A stretch of 64,000 nt of DNA from Candidatus Avispirillum sp. (GTDB lineage: Bacteria; Bacillota; Clostridia; Oscillospirales; CAG-272). The DNA lies in contig JAZQUP010000021.1 of assembly GCA_045631345.1 (NCBI GenBank), forward strand, positions 39,207 to 103,206, in the 5' to 3' direction. Below are positions 40,130 to 49,225 of this stretch, one piece after another (positions within the stretch are counted from its first letter, which is position 1; each line of letters starts with the position of its first letter). A program made the translations under genes and the position numbers. The notes beneath the pieces are model-generated. The model made no database searches, was not told the DNA's origin, and was given only the letters and a program-made list of their open reading frames with translations.

Positions 40130-40636
40130 ATGAACAAGATTCATGAAAGAATAAAAAAGTCAAGAGAAGCTAAGGGCATTAGCATTGAAAAGCTTGCCAA
40201 AAGGATGAAAATAGAAGAAAAGCTTCTTGAGGATTGGGAAAGCGGAGCACTTGAGCCGGATAACAAAAGCGCCAATAAGCTTGCGGACATTCTTAATGTT
40301 TCAAGCGATTATTTGCTTTTCGGCGTTGATAATGCCAGCGGTATTCACACAATGTTTCCCACCAAGGGAAAGCCTCAGCCTGCGGGCGCAGAGTCTATTT
40401 TAACTCTTGTTTCAGCTCTGCTTTTGTTTATTGGTCTTGGTGGACTTATAATGCTCATTGTTATGACAGGCTCTCGTCTTGTAATGTCTGATGCAGGCTT
40501 CTGGGAGTTTTTCATTCTCAGCGGCTCAATTTATTCTGCCCTTGCATTTATTGCTATTGCAGTTTTGGGCGCAGCTGCAGGAATTGCGGCTGTTGTGATC
40601 ATATCTAAGAAAAAAGGAAAAGGAAAAAGAAGATGA
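40130..40636 (+). CDS. XRE-family HTH protein with two C-terminal TM helices
   Basis: RIK..R..G.S..LA..WE.G..P..LA..VS.DYLL, then hydrophobic segments. Confidence 0.85.
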   Translation: MNKIHERIKKSREAKGISIEKLAKRMKIEEKLLEDWESGALEPDNKSANKLADILNVSSDYLLFGVDNASGIHTMFPTKGKPQPAGAESILTLVSALLLFIGLGGLIMLIVMTGSRLVMSDAGFWEFFILSGSIYSALAFIAIAVLGAAAGIAAVVIISKKKGKGKRR

Positions 40637-41931
40637 AAAAGCTTTTGAAAATATTCTCTTTTGTTCTTGTTATTGCAATTATGGTAAGCTCCTTTGCTGC
40701 CTGCAAAAAGGATGGAGATGAGAACGAAGAAGAAGAGGCAAAAACATTCACAACTGCGGAAGAAAATCCCGAGGGCGCAAAAGTTGTTGATAAGGACCTG
40801 CAGTTTGGCGATTTTTATTATGCCACCTATGATGATAACACAGTTACCATAACTAACTATGCAGGTGATGACGAAAACGTTAAGATACCGATTGAGATTG
40901 ACGGAAAAACAGTAACAACTATCGGAGAGGGCTCTTTCTATCAGAAAACAACTGTTACATCCCTTGAGATTCCCGATAGCGTTAAGTACTATGAAAAGTA
41001 TGCTTTCTATGGAATGTCAGCGCTCACAGAGGCTTTTGTTCCTGAGGAAAACACAATTATTCGTGAGGGTACATTTGTTGATTGCACAGCTCTTGAAAAG
41101 GTAACTATTCCCGAAACAGTTACAGCGATCGAGGATGGTGCCTTCTATAATTGCGTAGCGCTGAAGGAAATTAATATTCCTGCTTCTGTAACATATATCG
41201 GCAGTTATAGCTTTGCGGCTTGTAAGGATGTAAAAAGCATCGTTGTTCCTGAGGGCGTAACAACTGCGGCGGCGTATGCTTTCCGTGAGTGCACAGCCCT
41301 TGAAAGCATAAATCTTCCCGAATCTCTCACAACTATTTCCGATGGACTCCTTTACGGATGCACAGCACTTACAGAGCTTAAGTTCAGCGGTACAACAAAA
41401 AAGATTGGTGCGGCAGCATTCTATGAATGCAGCGCAATCAAGAGCCTCACTCTTCCCGAGTCTCTCACAAGCATAGGCGAATATGCCTTTGCTTATTGCG
41501 AAGCTCTTGAGGAACTTCATATTCCCGATGGCGTCAGCGTTCTTGGCGGATATACAGTTGCATACAGCGATAATATCAAAAAGGTTAATATTCCTGCAAG
41601 CATTGAGGTTGTTCCCGCTTCTATGATGACTCTTTGCAAGAATATAGAAGAAATCATTATTCACGAAAATGTAACTGATATTGACGAATATGCCTTTGCA
41701 GGCTGCGAAAAGGTGAAGAGCATCACTCTGCCCAGTTCTCTCACATATATAGGCGCATATGCCTTTGCTGAAATGGCAGGTCTTGAAGAAATCTATGTGC
41801 CCGATTCCGTAACAGGAGTTGGCGAGGGTATTTTTGCTGAGACTGCAAATGTAACTGTAAAGTGCCATAAGGATAATATCGTACACGAATATGTCGAGGC
41901 AAATTCAATTAAATTTGAGTTGGTAGACTGA
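40633..41931 (+). CDS. BspA-type leucine-rich-repeat lipoprotein
   Basis: Lipobox FAAC; repeated LPESLTxIGxxAFxxCxxL. Confidence 0.9.
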   Translation: MKKLLKIFSFVLVIAIMVSSFAACKKDGDENEEEEAKTFTTAEENPEGAKVVDKDLQFGDFYYATYDDNTVTITNYAGDDENVKIPIEIDGKTVTTIGEGSFYQKTTVTSLEIPDSVKYYEKYAFYGMSALTEAFVPEENTIIREGTFVDCTALEKVTIPETVTAIEDGAFYNCVALKEINIPASVTYIGSYSFAACKDVKSIVVPEGVTTAAAYAFRECTALESINLPESLTTISDGLLYGCTALTELKFSGTTKKIGAAAFYECSAIKSLTLPESLTSIGEYAFAYCEALEELHIPDGVSVLGGYTVAYSDNIKKVNIPASIEVVPASMMTLCKNIEEIIIHENVTDIDEYAFAGCEKVKSITLPSSLTYIGAYAFAEMAGLEEIYVPDSVTGVGEGIFAETANVTVKCHKDNIVHEYVEANSIKFELVD

Positions 41932-41932
41932 T

Positions 41933-42436
41933 ATGGCAAAGGTTAAAAGAAAGAAGAATATAGAGCTTGGCGGCTGGGTAGTTGCGGTGGGATGCTTTTT
42001 AAGAAGCATTCAGCTGATAGGCGCATTTTTCGGCGCAGGCTTTGTTTCAAACAGATGGCTCTATGTGGCAATGCTTTGCTGTATGTGCGGCGGATTTTCA
42101 GTTCTTGCATATGAGAAAAAAGGTAAGGCTTCCCTTGCGGCAGTTGTTTGCGCAGCAGTATGCCTGCTTGCAACAGTTATGGGAAATATGTCCGATGGCG
42201 GAGATGCGCTGAGAATTTTTTCAGCATTGTTTCTTGTTTTAACATTTGCTGTTGCGGGAGTGTATTGCGTTATAACATCCGGTGGAAAAAATCTTAAAGC
42301 GGTTGGCGGTGTTGCTCTGGTTGCGCTTAGTATTGCTTGCGGAGTGTTTGCATTTGGAGCTTCCGTTGCGCCAGTTGTAACTCTCCTTGTGCTGATTTTG
42401 GCATATGCTCTTATGGGAGTGCTTGTTGTTATTTAA
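41933..42436 (+). CDS. Hypothetical membrane protein
   Basis: 167 aa, about 6 hydrophobic segments, coupled to upstream gene. Confidence 0.7.
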   Translation: MAKVKRKKNIELGGWVVAVGCFLRSIQLIGAFFGAGFVSNRWLYVAMLCCMCGGFSVLAYEKKGKASLAAVVCAAVCLLATVMGNMSDGGDALRIFSALFLVLTFAVAGVYCVITSGGKNLKAVGGVALVALSIACGVFAFGASVAPVVTLLVLILAYALMGVLVVI

Positions 42437-42445
42437 TTGAAATAA

Positions 42446-42474
42446 AAAAAGGAGATGCGATGCAGCTCCTTTTT
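42446..42474 (+). terminator. Terminator; palindrome family member (one mismatch)
   Basis: AAAAAGGAGATGC-GAT-GCAGCTCCTTTTT. Confidence 0.75.
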
Positions 42475-42525
42475 GTTATATTTAAGGCTTTTGGTGAAGC
42501 TGATAAGCCGTAAAAACGCAATAGA

Positions 42526-42549
42526 AAAGCCACTCAAAAGAGTGGCTTT
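42526..42549 (-). terminator. Intrinsic terminator
   Basis: AAAGCCACTC-AAAA-GAGTGGCTTT. Confidence 0.7.
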
Positions 42550-42569
42550 AATGATTTCTTATGTAGAAA

Positions 42570-43151
42570 TTAATAGCGGAGAGTGTCAACCGCAATTGTG
42601 TTCTCCTTGTTGTAGGAGCGGAAAATCTTGAGAGCCTTGTTTGTGCACTGGAAGAGAATCATAGCCTTCTGGTCCTTTTCTGTGAAAACAGCAAAGTAGA
42701 TGTCTTCTGTGTGCTTGGAGGACTTACGGAAATCGTACTTCTTAGTAACGTTTGCGTAGTCGTTGTACTTCTCAGAGGAATAAGGAGCGATGATTTCGCA
42801 ATCCTTGATCTTGATCTTGAGATTTTCCTTCTTGATTCTGCCGCCTGCGATGATTGTTGTGAATGTGAGCTCACCTGATTCGGTTACATACTCATATTCC
42901 TGGTTTGTAAGGGGCCATGTGAAGTAAACAAGAATGATAACGCCGAGGAAGAAGAGAACGCCGAGATACATCCAAACGCCGCCGCTGCTCATAGAAATAA
43001 ATGCAAAAACAACAACTGCAAGATAGATGAGAGCGAAAACAAGTCTCTGAACTGCGAGAGAGCCTTCAACCTTTCTCTTAACTGCGAATTCTGTGTAGTT
43101 AGTTGAATGAGTGGAACGGTCTATTTCCTGACCGTCGTGAAAACGTGCCAT
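42570..43151 (-). CDS. Conserved membrane protein (two TM, EYEY motif)
   Basis: RBS AGGAG; two TM helices then EYEY..GEL..I. Confidence 0.7.
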   Translation of the reverse strand: MARFHDGQEIDRSTHSTNYTEFAVKRKVEGSLAVQRLVFALIYLAVVVFAFISMSSGGVWMYLGVLFFLGVIILVYFTWPLTNQEYEYVTESGELTFTTIIAGGRIKKENLKIKIKDCEIIAPYSSEKYNDYANVTKKYDFRKSSKHTEDIYFAVFTEKDQKAMILFQCTNKALKIFRSYNKENTIAVDTLRY

Positions 43152-43280
43152 AGTTATAATATCTCCTTTGTAAATTTTTTCATCAATAGTGAGTATATCA
43201 TAATAATTTCATTTTTTCAAGTCAATATTAAAATTTTACGTTTATATGTGAAATATTTACCTTAGCTCCTTGCTAATTGG

Positions 43281-43309
43281 TTGACAAAAACTGGTCTTGG
43301 GTTTATACT
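43281..43309 (+). promoter_or_regulatory. Sigma-A promoter of nfnAB
   Basis: TTGACA-17 bp-TATACT. Confidence 0.75.
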
Positions 43310-43346
43310 AGTGTATATTATTATGGCATTTAAGGCGGAGAACATT

Positions 43347-44183
43347 ATGTACCGTATTGTTAGAAAAAAGATTCTCAATCCCTCTGTTGTTATGATGGAT
43401 ATTGAAGCGCCCTATGTTGCAAAAAAGGCGCAGGCAGGTCAGTTTGTAATTCTCAGAGCTGACAGCGAGGGTGAGCGTATTCCCCTCACAGTTGCAGGAT
43501 TTAACAGAGAAGAGGGAACAGTTAAAATAATATTTCAGACAGTTGGCGCTTCAACCATTAAGCTTGGTGCGCTGAATGAGGGCGATTCTATCCCCGATTT
43601 TGCAGGTCCTCTCGGCCGTGCAACTGAAACTGAAGGTCTTCATAAGGTTGCAGTTGTGGGTGGCGGTGTTGGCTGCGCAATTGCTCTTCCCGTTGCTGAA
43701 AAGCTTCATAGTGAGGGCTGCGAAGTTCATTCAATAATCGGCTTCAGAAATCGTGATCTTCTTATTCTTGAGGACGAATTCAAGGCTTGCTCAGATAAGC
43801 TTATTATCGTAACAGATGATGGAAGCTATGGTGAAAAGGGCGTTGTCACAGCTCCTCTCAAGGCGCTTATTGAAAGCGGAGAAAAGTATGACCGTATTAT
43901 TGCGATCGGTCCCCTTGTAATGATGAAATTTGTTGTTGAAACAGCTCGCCCCTATAATATACCAACAATTGTTTCAATGAATCCCATTATGATCGACGGA
44001 ACAGGAATGTGCGGCGGATGCCGACTGACAGTTGGAGGCAAAACAATGTTTGCCTGCGTTGATGGCCCCGAATTTGATGGCTATCTTGTTGATTTTGATG
44101 AGGCTATGCAGAGAGGCTCTATGTATCATGAGCACGAAGCAAAGGAAAGAGAAAAGGCTTGCAATCTGTTTAAGCAGAGCTAA
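43347..44183 (+). CDS. nfnA: NfnA/SudB-type FAD/NAD-binding 2Fe-2S subunit
   Basis: GERIPLT, GGGVG, GP..MM, DGTGMCGGCR, CVDGPEF. Confidence 0.85.
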   Translation: MYRIVRKKILNPSVVMMDIEAPYVAKKAQAGQFVILRADSEGERIPLTVAGFNREEGTVKIIFQTVGASTIKLGALNEGDSIPDFAGPLGRATETEGLHKVAVVGGGVGCAIALPVAEKLHSEGCEVHSIIGFRNRDLLILEDEFKACSDKLIIVTDDGSYGEKGVVTAPLKALIESGEKYDRIIAIGPLVMMKFVVETARPYNIPTIVSMNPIMIDGTGMCGGCRLTVGGKTMFACVDGPEFDGYLVDFDEAMQRGSMYHEHEAKEREKACNLFKQS

Positions 44184-44194
44184 GGTGATTTAAA

Positions 44195-45607
44195 ATGGCA
44201 AATATGAGTAATGTAAAAAATCCTATGCCAACTCTTGATGCGGCCATCCGTGCCCGCTGCTTTGAAGAGGTTGCAACAGGATATAGTGAAGAAACAGCAA
44301 TAGACGAGGCGGCAAGATGCCTTAATTGCAAAAAGCCCTTTTGCGTTGAGGGCTGCCCCGTTAAAATACATATCCCTGAGTTTATTGCAAAGGTGAGAGA
44401 GGGCGATTTTGAGGGAGCTTATCAGATAATCAGTAAGTCTTCATCACTTCCCGCAGTTTGCGGAAGAGTTTGCCCTCAGGAATCTCAGTGCGAGTCCAAA
44501 TGCGTCAGAGGAATCAAGGGTGATCCTGTTGGCATCGGCCGCCTTGAGCGATTTGTTGCCGATTGGCATAACACATTCTGCACAGAGCCCCCCGTGCGTC
44601 CTGAGCCTAACGGCCATAAGGTTGCCGTTGTAGGCAGCGGTCCCTCCGGCCTCACATGCGCAGGCGACCTTGCTAAGCTTGGATATAGCGTAACAGTTTT
44701 TGAAGCGCTTCACACAGCAGGCGGAGTGCTAGTATATGGAATTCCCGAATTTCGTCTCCCTAAGGCAATAGTTGCCCGTGAGGTTGAAACCCTCAAGGCC
44801 CTTGGCGTTGAGATCAAAACTAATATGATCATCGGTAAAACTCTCACTATAGACGAGCTCTTTGAAGAGGGCTATGAGGCTGTGTTTGTTGGAAGCGGCG
44901 CAGGTCTGCCTCGCTTTATGGGCATCCCCGGCGAAAGCCTGAAGGGCGTTTATTCTGCAAACGAATTCCTCACAAGAAGCAATCTTATGAAGGCATATCG
45001 TGATGATAGCGCAACACCTATTATGAAGGCAAAGAACGTTGCGGTTGTTGGCGGCGGAAACGTTGCTATGGACGCTGCACGAACAGCTCTTCGTCTCGGA
45101 GCAGAAAACGTTTATATCGTTTATCGTCGTTCTCTTGAGGAGCTTCCTGCAAGACATGAAGAGGTTGAGCATGCAATGGAAGAGGGTATACAGTTCAAGC
45201 TGCTCACCAATCCCACAAAGATTATCGGCTTCAACGATGAAAATGATAAGAGAAATCCCAGAAACGGATTTGTTTCAGGAATGGAATGTGTTGAAATGGA
45301 GCTTGGCGAGCCTGATGCAAGCGGCAGAAGAAGCCCTGTTGTTAAAGAAGGCAGCGAGTTTGTTCTTCCTGTTGATTGCGTTATTATGTCTATCGGAACA
45401 AGCCCCAATCCTCTTATAAAGGACACAACTGACGGACTTGACGTAAACCGCCGTGGCGGAATTATTGTTGAGGAAGAAACAGGCCTCACATCCCGCGAGG
45501 GAGTTTATGCAGGCGGCGACGTTGTAACAGGAGCAGCAACGGTTATTCTTGCCATGGGTGCAGGAAAAACAGCTGCAAAGGCAATTGATGAAAAGTTAAG
45601 TAAATAA
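44195..45607 (+). CDS. nfnB: NfnB/SudA (GltD-like) subunit of electron-bifurcating transhydrogenase
   Basis: RCLNC..CVEGCP, CGRVCPQE.QCE, GSGPSGL, GGGNVAMD, AGGD..G; paired with nfnA. Confidence 0.85.
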   Translation: MANMSNVKNPMPTLDAAIRARCFEEVATGYSEETAIDEAARCLNCKKPFCVEGCPVKIHIPEFIAKVREGDFEGAYQIISKSSSLPAVCGRVCPQESQCESKCVRGIKGDPVGIGRLERFVADWHNTFCTEPPVRPEPNGHKVAVVGSGPSGLTCAGDLAKLGYSVTVFEALHTAGGVLVYGIPEFRLPKAIVAREVETLKALGVEIKTNMIIGKTLTIDELFEEGYEAVFVGSGAGLPRFMGIPGESLKGVYSANEFLTRSNLMKAYRDDSATPIMKAKNVAVVGGGNVAMDAARTALRLGAENVYIVYRRSLEELPARHEEVEHAMEEGIQFKLLTNPTKIIGFNDENDKRNPRNGFVSGMECVEMELGEPDASGRRSPVVKEGSEFVLPVDCVIMSIGTSPNPLIKDTTDGLDVNRRGGIIVEEETGLTSREGVYAGGDVVTGAATVILAMGAGKTAAKAIDEKLSK

Positions 45608-45612
45608 AAAGA

Positions 45613-45642
45613 AGCGCATATTGACGAAAGTCAATATGCGCT
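45613..45642. terminator. Bidirectional terminator
   Basis: AGCGCATATTGAC-GAAA-GTCAATATGCGCT between convergent genes. Confidence 0.8.
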
Positions 45643-45646
45643 GTTT

Positions 45647-46942
45647 TTATGCTTGTAGGTTCTTTTTGAGCAAAAGAAGGTCTTTTGCGTTAACTATGCC
45701 GTTATTGTCCATATCTACTGCGGATATGTTAATTTCACCAATAGTCAATATCTGAGCCAGATATTTTTTAACAAGAAGAAGATCAAGTGAGTTCACTTCT
45801 TCATCACCGTCAGCATCACCGGGGATGATAACAGGAGTTGTGTTAAGCTGAGGGTATGCATAGTCGGAATCTGAGTCAATTTTCCAAACATTTTCAAAAT
45901 CAAAGCCAACAAATGTGGATTGCTGAGCTAATTCTTCGGCAGTGCATTTAATTGCTGTGTCGTTGCCTTCTGAAATACCCTTGGAGACATTATCAATATA
46001 ATAGCAGTTTAACATTTGAATTCTATAGCCGTAACCAGCTGCGATTCCACATTTGTAACCCCATTGGTTGGATACTATATTGCCTGTATTATAACAGTTT
46101 TTAATATCAAGATTGTCTGCTCCTCCGACAATGCCTCCGATACGTGTCATAGTAGGAGTGTTAGAATAAAGATTTCCTGCAGTATAGCAGTCTGATATGG
46201 TTGCAGAATAGCAAAATCCTGCAATACCACCCAATCCGGAGGAGTCACCGGCAGGGGCTTTTATATTAACAAAGCTATAGCATTTTTCTATAAGAGATTT
46301 TGAAGTGGGGTCTTCACCTTGGGCAGGTTCACCGCCGTCAAAATTTCCAACTATTCCACCTGCGCAAACTCCACCATAGCCTTCGGCTGATCCCAGGATC
46401 CTGCCGGTACTGTAGCAGTTTGTTATAGTGCTTTTTAATGCTCCGCCTGTAATACCGCCTATGTAAACACTTTTGGATGACGAAGCAGCGCCGAGAAAGT
46501 CAATATCAATCATTCCCAGATTTTTGATTGTTCCGCTTATATAACCGAAAAGACCTACATACAAATTGTTGCTTGATGAAGAAGCATTGATGTAAAGATT
46601 TTTTATGGTGTGGTAGTTTCCGTCAAAGGAGCCTGTGAATGGATCGGATTTTTTTCCTATAGGTTCAAATCCTGCGCCTTCGTTGTAGAAATCTCCACCC
46701 TCAGCGAAATCGGTGTAGTTAAATTCAATGTCAAACAAAAGTTTGAAATGAGAGCTGAGATAGTTTCGCACATTGTTGAGCTGTTCCTTGTTTACGATGA
46801 GATAAGGGTCATCCTCTGTGCCGCTGCCGCCTGCGAATCCCTGAGAGTTCTTTGTTGTTGCATAAGCTGTTATTGGCTGAGTGATTGTGAATATCATGGC
46901 TAGAGCAACCAATAATGCCAGCATCTTTTTTGCTTTTTTCAT
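45647..46942 (-). CDS. Secreted GLUG-motif protein with C-terminal dockerin
   Basis: Signal peptide; GGSGTEDDPYLI, FTGSFDGN, VGLFG, GGIxG repeats; GDADGDEEVNSLD / DMDNNGIVNAKD. Confidence 0.85.
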   Translation of the reverse strand: MKKAKKMLALLVALAMIFTITQPITAYATTKNSQGFAGGSGTEDDPYLIVNKEQLNNVRNYLSSHFKLLFDIEFNYTDFAEGGDFYNEGAGFEPIGKKSDPFTGSFDGNYHTIKNLYINASSSSNNLYVGLFGYISGTIKNLGMIDIDFLGAASSSKSVYIGGITGGALKSTITNCYSTGRILGSAEGYGGVCAGGIVGNFDGGEPAQGEDPTSKSLIEKCYSFVNIKAPAGDSSGLGGIAGFCYSATISDCYTAGNLYSNTPTMTRIGGIVGGADNLDIKNCYNTGNIVSNQWGYKCGIAAGYGYRIQMLNCYYIDNVSKGISEGNDTAIKCTAEELAQQSTFVGFDFENVWKIDSDSDYAYPQLNTTPVIIPGDADGDEEVNSLDLLLVKKYLAQILTIGEINISAVDMDNNGIVNAKDLLLLKKNLQA

Positions 46943-47142
46943 TTTAAAGCTCCTTTGATGGATTCAAACAAGAATTATAAACATTTATTTACAGCAACTT
47001 CAAAATGCATGTTTTCTTGCTCTAACACATTGAGTATAGCATAAATTTTTATAGTGAACAAGATAATATAGAGAAAATTAAAGTGTTATGAGTTAGCTGT
47101 AATAATTAGTTTTACTCTGTTCAGAAACCAGCTTTGATATTT

Positions 47143-47307
47143 GTGTACAAAAGACGCAAAACAGAACAAAAAAGGCTCCCGAACCAAGGTTCAGGAGTCT
47201 CAAAAGCGTTCCAAAATACACGATTTAGGGGGATTACTTAGAAGCCTCGATCATAGCAACTGCAACAGCAACTGTCATACTTAGCCTGTGGGGTGTTACC
47301 AGCGCCG
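47143..47307 (-). repeat. GGGtGRT 3'-end copy R1 with type-A terminator
   Basis: TTACTTAGAAGCCTCGATCATAGCAACTGCAACAGCAACTGTCATAC..GTTACCAGCGCCG at 47234-47307; left part homologous to 48801-48895. Confidence 0.9.
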
Positions 47308-47550
47308 CCCACGCGTGAAACGCGCGGTTATTTCGAAGAAAAGCCCTCTCTAAACCTCTATTTTATCAAGTTTTAATGTGTTTTACTCGTGCCTTTGTGG
47401 ACACAATGTGGACGAATTTTCGTCCACATTTATTATACATATTTTTATGCCCATCTGCAACAAATACGGTAATCATTTTGTACATAGGTGGGGAGAATTT
47501 TGAAATTCATAATGTTATCATAAACGCATCAAACCAAAGGAGGATGTTTT

Positions 47551-48081
47551 ATGATAACACAGCCGGATAAGAAAATTTCCGGAGACAGTAAAAAGTGGAA
47601 AAACGTTGTGTCAGTTTTTCTGCCAAATACTTGCAAACCTTGTGAGGAAAAGCACGGTACGATTTTTCCTTACGATGCAATATTTAAAGGATGACATCAC
47701 AGGTGCCAATGCTATCTTGCAAGAATGAGAACAAAGAAAGTAGGAACCGCCACACAGGACGGACTCAGCGGTGTTGATGCTTTTGTTATGTACACAGGCC
47801 AATTGCCTGCCAACTATGTGACAAAAGATGAAGCAAAAATGCTCGGGTGGAAATCCAAAAAAGGAAATCTTGACAAGGTTTTACCACAAAAATGCATCGG
47901 CGGCGATATTTTTTACAACGGACAAGGAAAATTACCGCAAAAAGATGATAGAATATGGTATGAAGCGGATATTGACTATATTTCAGGCTACAGAAACGAT
48001 TCAAGAATACTTTATTCTAACGACGGTCTTATCTTCGTCACTTACGATCACTATAAAACATTTTATGAAATAACAAATTGA
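47551..48081 (+). pseudogene. MuF-like (TCxxC..HG..HxxCxC) plus barnase-type RNase fusion interrupted by in-frame TGA
   Basis: AGGAGG RBS and ATG 47551, TGA 47692-47694, same frame continues into GGDIF..WYEADIDY..RILYSNDG..DHY RNase (ORF 47725-48081). Confidence 0.75.
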
Positions 48082-48089
48082 GGAGAATT

Positions 48090-48407
48090 ATGGATACATA
48101 CAATTACAAAGTACATTTTCCAAAAGTAAATACATTTTCTGATCTGCACGGAATATTAAAGGAAAGCCTTGATCTTCCATTTTATTACGGAGCAAATCTT
48201 GATGCGCTTTATGATTGCCTATGTGAGCTTGCCCGCGATAAAGTAACTATTGAGATTACGGGATACGAGAATGTCAGAGCCTTTTATCCCGAATACAGCG
48301 AGAAACTATTAACAGTTTTTTATCACTTCAAGCACTATGTTGAGGAATGCGCTCACCTTGTTACAATCAGCGTTGAAGAAAATGGAGAGATCACATTTAT
48401 TGAGTAA
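48090..48407 (+). CDS. Barstar-family RNase inhibitor 1
   Basis: LH..LK..L.LP.YYGANLDALYDCL; RBS GAGGAG. Confidence 0.9.
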   Translation: MDTYNYKVHFPKVNTFSDLHGILKESLDLPFYYGANLDALYDCLCELARDKVTIEITGYENVRAFYPEYSEKLLTVFYHFKHYVEECAHLVTISVEENGEITFIE

Positions 48408-48432
48408 GCCTATAATTTAAGGCGAGGACATA

Positions 48433-48750
48433 ATGGAAACATACAATTACAAAGTACATTTTACAAAAATAAACTCTTTTTCAGAACTGCACGGAATACT
48501 GAAAGAAAGCCTTAATCTTCCCTATTACTATGGAGAAAACCTTGATGCACTATACGATTGTCTCTGTGAAATTGGATGTAGTAAGGTTACTATTGATATA
48601 ACAGGATTTGAAAATGTGCGTTCGTTTTATCCCGAATACAGTGAAAAGCTGCTTTCTGTTTTTTGCGATTTTAAGCATTATGCAGAAGAATATTTACACC
48701 TTAAAACCATTAGTGTAGAAGAAAACGGAAAGATTACTTATATTGAATAA
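48433..48750 (+). CDS. Barstar-family RNase inhibitor 2
   Basis: Paralogue of previous gene (YYGENLDALYDCL). Confidence 0.9.
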   Translation: METYNYKVHFTKINSFSELHGILKESLNLPYYYGENLDALYDCLCEIGCSKVTIDITGFENVRSFYPEYSEKLLSVFCDFKHYAEEYLHLKTISVEENGKITYIE

Positions 48751-48790
48751 AATGAAAAAGGAGATGCTGTGGTATCTCCTTTTTCATTTT
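48749..48790 (+). terminator. Terminator; palindrome family member
   Basis: AAAATGAAAAAGGAGATGC-TGTG-GTATCTCCTTTTTCATTTT. Confidence 0.8.
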
Positions 48791-48800
48791 TATTATCCAA

Positions 48801-48942
48801 GTGGACAAAAGCAAAAACAAAACAAAAAAGACTCCCGATGTGAGATTCGGGAGTCTTAAAAATCGTTCCAAAATGCCCGATTTCAGGGCATCTTAATTAC
48901 TTAGAAGCCTTGACCCAAGCATACGCAACAGCAACTGTCATA
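48801..48942 (-). repeat. GGGtGRT 3'-end copy R2 with type-A terminator
   Basis: TTACTTAGAAGCCTTGACCCAAGCATACGCAACAGCAACTGTCATA at 48897; hairpin AAGACTCCCGA..TCGGGAGTCTT. Confidence 0.88.
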
Positions 48943-48986
48943 TGGAATGACCTGCGTCACACTTGCCTTTGAAGTTAAGCTAAAAC

Positions 48987-49028
48987 TTACTTGGAAGCTT
49001 CCTCAATAGCTACAGCAACCGCTAACAT
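48987..49028 (-). repeat. Recoded GGGtGRT 3'-end copy R2b (MLAVAVAIEEASK*)
   Basis: Reverse complement ATG TTA GCG GTT GCT GTA GCT ATT GAG GAA GCT TCC AAG TAA, preceded by AGGGAG. Confidence 0.8.
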
Positions 49029-49225
49029 AATTTTCTCCCTGTTTAAAATATTCTTTATTATGACAAAACGTCACCTGTGACCATAGCTTAACATATCTCG
49101 CCTGCGGTATCAACTAAAGCGCGTTTTTTGCCACCGAAAGTTTTTATGTTGATTCGTCATTTTCAAATCAACAATACTGTGCTATAATCAGTATATAAAG
49201 TTAATTTCTTGTGCGAGGTAATGAT

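Noticed and set aside
44195-45607. Glutamate synthase small subunit
   Set aside because: No large subunit is adjacent; pairing with an NfnA-type gene indicates NfnAB
47692-47694. TGA as selenocysteine or an alternative genetic code
   Set aside because: TGA ends many normal genes in this window, the position corresponds to a non-Cys residue of the motif, and no SECIS-like hairpin is evident; a nonsense mutation is simpler
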